Assembly (NCBI GenBank): GCA_964016885.1
Contig: OZ024746.1
Location: 25,978,001 to 26,042,000 of the forward strand
DNA: 64,000 nucleotides
Direction: 5' to 3'
Source: Eledone cirrhosa
Lineage: Eukaryota
Shown one piece after another: positions 54,882 through 64,000 of the stretch (position 1 is the stretch's first letter; each line of letters starts with the position of its first letter). The notes below the pieces were generated by a model. That model searched no databases. It had not been told where the DNA came from and saw nothing but the letters and a program-made list of their open reading frames with translations. The position numbers and the translations under genes were made by a program.

Positions 54882-55331
54882 ACGTCGGCTTTCCCTGCTA
54901 GCAAGGATTGGATGTGTCTACATAGACCAAGTCAGTACTGAAGCGAAGCTACTGATCTCCCTGACAGGTCAGGCATCTGTGTCTTGCTTATGTACGGTCA
55001 CACATTCCACCAAGTGCACAGGAGAGGTTGTCATGTCTTTGACACAACTGAGAGTCCTCCCAACCCTTTCTATGGCTGGATGCCCTTCCTATCACCAACC
55101 ACTTTTCAGTGTGTACTAGGTGCATTTAGTGTTCAAATGTACAAGTATACATATATACACACATGGTGTCCTTATGAATAGATCTAGCATTTAATACTAT
55201 CAAGCAATAAAATGCAACATTTATTCATTATTGTAATTAGTATATTATTAAGATCATTAATTGAGGTAAAATTATAATGTATATTAGGACAATAAACTAA
55301 TGAATGTCAGAAAGGTTAAGAAAATAATTAG

Positions 55332-55377
<46 letters not shown>

Positions 55378-55884
55378 ATGATTAATTGGATATCTAATTA
55401 GCCATAAAGCATTTAGGTAGTAAATAATTGGGTGTAATAGACATAAAATAATCAGCTACAATTAGTGCCTTCACTAATTAGTCACAATAGACACTAAAAA
55501 AAATTACCAATAATAATAATAGGCTTTCTATATATCAATCTTTCTAATTATTGCCTCTTAATCAATATAATGAAGGCTAGAAATATGATTTATTTCAAAC
55601 TCCATTGAAATAAATGGTGTAACAATTTTAAAGAACAATATGATAACTGTTTGGGTAATTAGAAACAATTGTTTAATGAAGGTGTAATAATTAGCTAAAA
55701 CTAAACGGTTGGGAAAATGTTAATCAAGAACCTTTCCAGTTTCTCATATGGAGTGGTGATGGTCATATTACTTCTTATTCACAGGGAATTATTTTTGAAT
55801 TTTTTTTTTTTGATAAATATAAACATTTTAAAATGTCGCCTGTAACATGGATGAGTGAAAGATAGTCAAATACTGGGACTTTAC

Positions 55885-56085
55885 TGACTACTTCCTTTTG
55901 TGCTGGTTGCCATCAACACCTCTGGTGACCTTAGTCCCCAAAACTGCCATTTCCCTCTGCAAAGCCAGGTTAGTGCATCCTGCTTGGAGAAAGAATCACA
56001 TGAGGCAGAATGGTTGATGCAGTGGTTCTCACTGGCTGTTGTCCTTGGCAATGCTTTCACCATTTTGTTAGCAGAACACATCTGT
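55885..56085 (+). pseudogene. Probable C-terminal remnant of a CRE-like (restriction-like endonuclease) retrotransposon
   Basis: FVLVAINTSGDLSP..EAEWLMQWFSLAVVLGNAFTIL resembles, from memory, the F.P.A.ET.G..G ... L.QR.S.A..RGNA..I pattern. Confidence 0.5.
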
Positions 56086-58371
56086 GATATACAGCCTAGA
56101 CTCAGGTATAGAGTCTGCCCCCCCCCCCCCCTTACTTTCACTATTCAATATTTTTCTTTTTCTTTTTTTATTGCAAACATTTATAATTCAAATGAAATTT
56201 GTTGAACATTTTAAAATAAACAGTTTAGTATCAATAATTCAGTTAATTTTAGGTTGTTTCCTCTGATAGAACTTTTATAAAAATTCAGTTCCTCTGGCAT
56301 TCTTAATTTGCATCTGGCATGGGTTTTTCTGTTGTATTTTTTTTAAAAATAATTCTTTATTTAATATAGAGAGTGGTTTCTCATGCATGGAGATAAAATA
56401 GGGTGAAGATTCTTAAAGATGAAAAAAGGAGTTGCTATCAGCCACTATGAGTAATTGAAACATATATATTTCCCCAATTCAAAGTGACTAGCTAGTATCT
56501 GGGAGATATGGGGTTCAATTCCTCAGAAGCCAATGACGTCTTTTTTTTCCATCTTTAACCCTTTAGCATTTACATTACTCTATATATACTATTGTATTTT
56601 CAGGGTAAAATCTTTACCTCACATAATATCAAATCTATGGGATTTTGATATTATTTACTTTGAGTACAATACCATCACAAAAGTATGACCGTCCGGTTAC
56701 AACCGGTTTAAACAGAATGAGGTGAGAGAAGTCTGGTTGGATACGGCCGGTTTAAATGTCTTTACTCTATTTTATAGCATCTCCATGCATGAGCACACCA
56801 CTCTTTATATTAACTTTACCACCTCAGCACTTTGCAAAGGTCCAAGAGATGGCTACGTGATTCTTTATTTCTTTTATCATGTGTTATATAATGTGCTATA
56901 CACACTAGAATGTTCCACATCATATGATAGGTAAGTTTTGGTGTATATGTTCGACACACGGAGTAACAGTAAATAAATATAAATGTATTAATAAAAAATA
57001 TATAAATGAATTCACTATTCCTATATTTGGATAAAATGAATCGTTATCTTGCTTATGTTCAAACACTATAACAGTAGCATTAAATAAGCAGTAATTTGAG
57101 GAAAAAAGAAAGAAAAGAAATTGAAAATGTTTATCCCAATTCATCACATTCAAGAAAGAGTAAAAGGGAAACATAATTTTGTAAAACATTGAGTATTTAG
57201 TGTTGTCTCTGTAGATGACAATTACTTGTGTGTGTTGTGTGTATGCATATAAATGTGTGTGTGCACGTACACACACACTTACTCACTTTAGTTATTGTTT
57301 GTTTCTCTGTGTCTCACATTTTACCTGTCACTTCAGTTAGTATGTATACTCCTTCTTCAACTGTGTGAGGGAAAATTTGTGTGTTTATTCTTACTGTTTG
57401 TTCATGTCTCATAACTTGTCAGTTTGGAAAATAGAGATTGACAAATTAAGTACTAAACTTGATAAAAAATAAGGACTGGGAGTCAATATGATCAACTAAA
57501 GCTTGTCATGGTTGCACTCTAATGGTTGAAACCAGTGAAAGAATATAAGAATACTGTGGGAAACTCTTTAACCCCTTTGAGGCCATATTTCTACTGAAAT
57601 ACAGAAATGCATTCCATTTCAATTAATTAATGAAGAAGTTTGAGGAATTTACTAAAATCATTAATTATTTCATCACTAAGTTAGTAATTTAATTGGTTCT
57701 TATATAAAATTATGTTGGGAGATCTTAATTTAAAGAAGAACCCTTTAAAATGTTTTGTAGAACCAGAGCTGGTTTTAGCTGGATCGGTATCAAAAGGGTT
57801 AATCTGGCAGTCAATCAGGACCAGACCAATTCTAAATGAAATAAACTATTGTATTACAAAATATATAACCTTTGACCTCCAAAAAAATTTGAAATACTGA
57901 TATCTAATGTACTTGTGTGTATCCTGTTTAGAAGAGGTACACCATGTCACTGAGTGTTGTAAAAGGAGACTAAAAAGGGTTGGTGCCAGGAACAGCATCC
58001 ATCCATAAGATATTGCCTAAAAAAGGATCTTATGATGAGTATGACTTCTTTCATGGAGCCTGCAAGCTTAACCCCTGTTTTAGCAAGGAAAAATGGTCTT
58101 TAAACATTAGCTGCATGTAATTAAATGTAGATTGAATCATAACATGAAGAATGCTAGAAAACAATGTTTTTTTATTGTTTTATGCTTCAATCAACTTACT
58201 AAACTATAGATAAAAGATCAATAACTTACTAAACAATAGATAAAAGATCAATCAACTTACTATGCTATAGATAAAGATCAGTGAGGCTAGTAAGAGCTGA
58301 AGCCTAAATAAAAATTAAAAGTTTATCAACTTCATGAAACATAAACTAGAAATGAAAGTAAACAACTATAA

Positions 58372-59014
58372 CAATAGTTCCCAATTTTTGGTCTGTATAC
58401 CCTTGCTGATTAATAAAAGTAGAATTAGGGGTCTGTAAACATAAAACTGTACCAGCGAGGGGGCTAAGTTTAAAATTTCAAGTACTTTGTTAAAGCCGTA
58501 TAATATACACAACACACACTATTCAGTATCCCCTTCTACTCTAAGTATAAACATTTCCTTCTTTCAATTGTTATAATCATTATATAATCTTTTCAAGTAT
58601 TTTGTTAAATTCATAATATATACACACCTTTCTCTATTGTTAGTCTGACTCAAGTATTTTGTTAAAAACAAAATATACACACTATTAAGTTTCTATTCTT
58701 CCAGGAGTCTGAGAGATAAGTTCAAAATTTCAAGTACTTTGTTATAAACAAAATATATACACACTATTAGGTATACATTATTCTTTTAAGCATAAACATT
58801 ACTCTCTTTCAACTCTTATAGTTATTTTAGGAGATAAGTAATTGTTGCGGGGAGGTTGTGGGGAAGGAGTGGTTGCTCATGCATGAGGGTACTACAAAAT
58901 AGCTTATAAAATAGAGTAAAGACTCTTAAAGATGGAAGAACAAGGAATTGATCCCTGTATCTCCCAATTTTAAATAAAAGGGATCGTTGGTAATGAAAAG
59001 ATCAGGAACCACTG
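58372..59014. mobile_element. Non-autonomous hAT (Charlie/Buster-like) element with internal tandem repeats
   Basis: caatagttccca ... tcaggaaccactg ends; candidate 8-bp TSD aactataa / aactagac with central TA. Confidence 0.5.
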
Positions 59015-59645
59015 AACTAGACTATAAGGTAGAACTTTCTAGACTACCTACAGGAGCCTATTAGCCACTTTGATACCTAGCCACTCGAAACTGCTTGTTT
59101 GAAAGAGTTTATATTTATATGAAAATCTTCTACCATAATTTTATGTAAGAACCTTTGTTAAGTTACATTCCACATACTAGCATAATAATGAGAAAGTTAG
59201 TTATATAACTATATTCCTTCAAACTGTTATTTTTATATAGCTATGTGTTTCATTAGAAATATAGTAATGAAAGGCTAACACAGATTTACCGTGGGTCTTG
59301 CTATGTAATCATGTAGTATTACTAACTATATGTGGTATTACTGTATAACCATATGCTATTACTAACTATGGGTTTTACTGTATAATCATGTAGTTTTGTT
59401 AACTGTAGGTTTTGCTGTGTAATCAGGAAGCATTACTAACTTAATCATTGATCTGTAATCAACTCTGATTTACTATATATATTGATTGCTAAATAATCAA
59501 TGTTTTGTTCTGTCTCCATAGTAATAGTTTCAAAAAAATGTATAAACCATTTCTTTGTTCCGCCCATCATTCCAAAACTCGAAAATTACTCATTTTCTTC
59601 TTTTTTTTTCTTTCTATTAGTAACTTATCTCTATTTCTCTGTTTA

Positions 59646-59699
<54 letters not shown>

Positions 59700-60199
59700 G
59701 ATTTAGACAGGTTTTCAACTTCCACATTATGTGTTGATAGTTCTTTTCTTTTGTTTGTACCCACAACTGTATGTGTGTACACACACACACTATCCTAATC
59801 ATCATCATCTAATGATGTAATGTCTGTTTTCCTTGCAAGCAAAGGTTAGATAACTTGGTGCAGACCAAGTCAGGACTTAATCATTCTCAGATAGGCTGGA
59901 GGTTGTATCTCACTTACATAAATTACCACCCTACAGAGTGTAGTGGGTGCATTTTATCTTGGCATCAACACTAGGGAGGTTATAATGCTTTAGACAGAAC
60001 TGAAGAGTCCTTGTCCATGATAAAAAGCATCCAGTCGACGCTGTATATGGGGCTGGCATTAAGAAGGACATCCAAACATAGAAACAAAGCCAGAAACAGT
60101 TCTGTTTGAGCAAGACATGGTCATCTGATCTGACTTGTCTCAGAACAGGGCAACTCGTCTAACCCATGCTAAGTGGTGTATACTAAATGTATGCTTCAA

Positions 60200-60495
60200 C
60201 CCATGCACATGGGAAGGTGGGTTTTCTGTATTATGCCAGAGGTGCAATTGTGCAAGGTCAGCTTTTATCACCTCATCCCAAATGTTCCTACTCCATAGCT
60301 TCCATCAACTTTGAGTGTCTTGTACTTTTTTATACTGATGTCATCCTTCATATGCATCACATGGCCATACCAACGCAATCTCCTCTCCTGCACACTGCAT
60401 CTGATCCCCCTTATGCCCAGTTTTTCCTTTACACTTTGCTGTTCATGTATATTACTGTTACACATCCATCAAAACATGCAAGCTTCATTTCTTTC
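60200..60495 (-). pseudogene. RTE ORF2 C-terminal fragment
   Basis: KLGIRGIRCSVQERRLRWYGHVMHMKDD. Confidence 0.88.
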
Positions 60496-60513
60496 TTTTA
60501 TATGTATATATAT

Positions 60514-60688
60514 ATAGGAACGAGTAGGACCCCGACGGCTAATTCTGGGTCTAGAATTAACCGTCAAAACGGCTTGAGCTCAGCCGTCGGGGTCCTACTC
60601 ATTCCTATTACCCACTCTACTACCCTAAGTATTGAGTACTTTGGTGCGTTATGGTCCATCTGGTTCCTTACCGCATTTCCTTCGTTAT
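60514..60688 (+). mobile_element. Short fold-back cassette with a partial hammerhead, in (TA)n
   Basis: 27-bp inverted arms 60514-60540 / 60582-60608; stem II gacggctaattct/agaattaaccgtc, AAAA in place of GAAA, stem III cggct-tgagctc-agccg-TC. Confidence 0.6.
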
Positions 60689-60702
60689 ATATATATATAT
60701 AT

Positions 60703-61035
60703 ATTAGAAAGTGAGGTTTTTTATACAAAATGAAAAATAACCGAAGTGTCCTACACGAGTGAAAGTATAAAGAAAAAAAGATGAAATCGAAAATGCAACT
60801 GGAGTCTTATTTTAAAAAATATATATATATTTATTTGGTTCCTTTACCGGTTTCGCAGTTCTTGTGCTTTTCAAAAGTAGAGTTGAGATGGAGGGTCTGT
60901 GGTTTTTCTCAGACCTCCATCTCAACTCTACTTTTGAAAAGCAAAAGAACTGCGAACACGGTAAAGGAACCAAATAAATATATATATTTTTAAAAAAATA
61001 AGACTCCAGTTGCATTTTCGATTTCATCTTTTTTT

Positions 61036-61041
<6 letters not shown>
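60703..61041. mobile_element. Fold-back insertion with ~134-bp arms and a degenerate hammerhead, in (TA)n
   Basis: 60766-60899 is inverted relative to 60910-61041; minus strand 60841-60880 reads ctt-TTGAAAA-gca..tgc-GAAA-ccgg-TA-aag. Confidence 0.65.
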
Positions 61042-61107
<66 letters not shown>

Positions 61108-62248
61108 TGATTAATGTTCTAACTAATCAAGATAGGATTTATAAACATTTTGTAACTTGATGTAGCATAGGAATGAACATCAGTAAGATGGAGCCCCCAG
61201 ATCAAGTAGAACAGAAGCTTTGATTGAACATTGACTCACTCTGTAATGACCCATCCAACTTATATTAGCATGGAAAACAAACGTTAAATGATGATGATGA
61301 TAGTGTGAGTGTGTGTGTTTTATGTCCTGTTATTAAGTAGTTTGATCATATAAGAGATTGATCAATTATAGCCAGACTTGGAAAACTATATGTACTGGGG
61401 CTGATATGATTGATTAAATCTATTTAAAATAGTGCCCCAGCATGGTCACCATCAAATGATTGAACCAGTAAAAGAATAAAAGAATATCACTAAAACCTGA
61501 AAGGAGATCTGAGAAGGAAATCAGCTGAAAAATCTTATTAAAAATGTATTATTGAAAACAATATAAATTTCTTTGAGGAACAAAATAAAAAAATGGAATA
61601 TTGTTAGTAAGGAAAAGGTGAAGTGATACGTTATTTTGGTTAAACTGTGTATTATAGGATTCATATAGCTGAAGAATTAGTTCTAAGAGAAAGAATGACT
61701 GTGGTGAAATGATATGGAAAGAAAACATGATCAGAACTGAAAGAACAGATGCCATAATCTAGATATTGTTTGAAACTAGAAAATAACTAGAGCAAATTTA
61801 TGCTTACATGGCATGAAATAATTCTTGATGAATAATGGTGAGTGCTGCAATGAAGGTAAAGGAGAGAAGAAAAAAAAAACTGAACATTAAAATAAACCTA
61901 AATTATGATGGTATGAAAATCCATGCAGGTTTGATTATGATGCAGACATAATAGTTTGCAGGCTGTGAAGGTAAGAAAATAATCTTCTTGCAAAGGGCAA
62001 GGGTAAAAAAACAACACTCCCAATATATATTTTCCTCAAAATGAATGAATTAGAAAAGTAATATTAGAAAATAAATTACCATTATCATAATTTTAATGTA
62101 GAATTCTCCTGGTCCATAAAATGAAACAATAATGTAACTTTAGTAATTGTAAATCCCATAACATGTAAGTATACCGTAAGCAGGAAGATGAAAATATTGC
62201 TACAATGTGTGTGTGTATGTATATATATATATACATACATACAAAGAT

Positions 62249-62305
<57 letters not shown>

Positions 62306-62316
62306 CATACAAAGAT

Positions 62317-62377
<61 letters not shown>

Positions 62378-62672
62378 TATAGAGGAAATTGTTTAAAAGA
62401 AAGTAAATTGTTCAGGTGATAAGCAAAAAAAAAAGAAGTATAAAGATAGATCAATATAAGATATGGCTGTGTGGTTAAGGAGTTTGTTTCACAACCATGT
62501 AGTTTCAGGTTCAGTTTCACTGCACGGTACCTTAGACAGGTCTCTTCTATTATAGCCTGGATTTGACCAATGAATTGGGAAGAAAGAAACTGCAGAGGCA
62601 GATAGTATACACACACTCACAACAGTTGCTAATTAGTGTGTAGCTTATCTGCAAGAGTTGCATTATGATGTC

Positions 62673-62860
62673 AGGGCGGTGAATTGGCAGTATCAGTAGA
62701 GGGTTGGATGCCATGCTTTCTAACATAGTTACGTCCCTTTACAGTCTGAGTTCAAATCCCGCCTAGGTTAACTTTGCCTTTCATCCTTACGGGGTCGATA
62801 AAATAAAGTACCAGTAATGCACTGGGTAATTGCTGGCCTTGTGCCTAAAGTAGAAACAAT
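62673..62860 (+). mobile_element. tRNA-derived SINE family 2 with 11-bp TSD
   Basis: tggcagtatcag A box, gagttcaaatcc B box; TSD attatgatgtc at 62662-62672 and 62859-62869. Confidence 0.88.
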
Positions 62861-64000
62861 TATGATGTCTCATTGATAAACAGGAGTAGGCAGGTAAGAG
62901 AACTCCATGTCAGTTGTATCTACCCAACTTAAAGGTGGTGATCAAACGTAACGGAGTTACTATGTATGAAATAAACGTTAAGACAGAAGTTACATAATCA
63001 TATTTATTACACCTCTTTCTGTGACACTAGTATGGAACTGTTATGTTCTCCGGACTTTCGCAAACATGGTAGCATTAACCAACAACATATCAACCTACTC
63101 TCATAATTATGTTAACATCTGATGACATCACACTGGTGCCGGTTACTATTGAAACGATTGCATAACAGCTCCATGCTGGCATCACAGAAATACATATAAT
63201 AAATATGATTATGTAACCTGTCTTTAACATTTATATTACTATTATACTTACTATTATATTTTTGTGGTAAAGGTGTTATTTCACATAATTATTTCACATA
63301 ATATCGAATCTATGAGATTTTGATATTTATTTTGAGAACAATACCTTAACGTCAGTATGAGTGGCCAGTTTGAACAGAGAGGGATGAGAGAATTCTGGCC
63401 GGATATGGCCGGTTTAAATGCTAAAGGGTTAATGTTTATTTCATATATATATCAAACCTCAAACAGAAGAACTGACCCAAATGTTTGCATGGATCAGGTG
63501 ATGGTATTAAACCAGACAAGGTATTAAATCTGTTACAGATGAATTTTAACTTAGTATGCAAAGTGGTGAAGCAAACATCACAAGGTATCTTATCCACTGC
63601 TCTAACAATTGCACCATCCATCTCCTTGGACAGTTAATTTATTTCATCAACCCTGAAAGGTTGAAAGTCAAAGAGTTATCCTCAGAACCCATATAAGTCA
63701 GAAGAAATGCTCTACTAACCCTGTCAATTTAGCACCCCATGTTATAAATATGATATCGATCTATCTATAGATTGTGTTCAGCAGGTTTCAGACCAGCTGA
63801 TATAAACTCCTGATTGTTCTAAGCATTAATTAATTAGTAGCAAGTGTTCATTAGATAATGAACATCTGTCGGTGAAAGATAGTAACATCAACATTCAACT
63901 TTTCCTATCAGTAGTTATCAATACAGACTTTTATCAATGTTATAAATTAGTTGAACAAATTCATAATCATCATCGTCATCATTTTACATCTGCTTTTCAT

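Overview
AT-rich eukaryotic DNA dense in microsatellites and transposable elements. The repeat make-up suggests an octopus/cephalopod genome (inference). I found no intact host gene, only one candidate 31-nt exon on the minus strand. All recognisable protein-coding sequence belongs to decayed retroelements: four RTE-clade LINE copies (two with a C4HC3 PHD-like finger inside ORF2), one CR1/L2-group LINE, two Penelope-like (PLE, C-terminal GIY-YIG) copies and a probable CRE-type endonuclease remnant. There are also tRNA-derived SINEs and MITEs of piggyBac, Tc1/mariner and hAT type. The main hidden signal is about a dozen minimal type-I hammerhead ribozyme motifs (stemI-CUGANGA-stemII-GAAA-palindromic stemIII-UH-stemI) with several unrelated flanking sequences. 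Four have intact cores and lie within 25.0-29.2 kb. Most sit beside (TA)n, at PLE 3' ends or in short non-coding cassettes, and they recur with fold-back inversions, two of which switch strand inside the ribozyme. All calls were made by eye without alignments or folding software; boundaries are approximate. The long IY/CV/LLT-type ORFs are artefacts of simple repeats.
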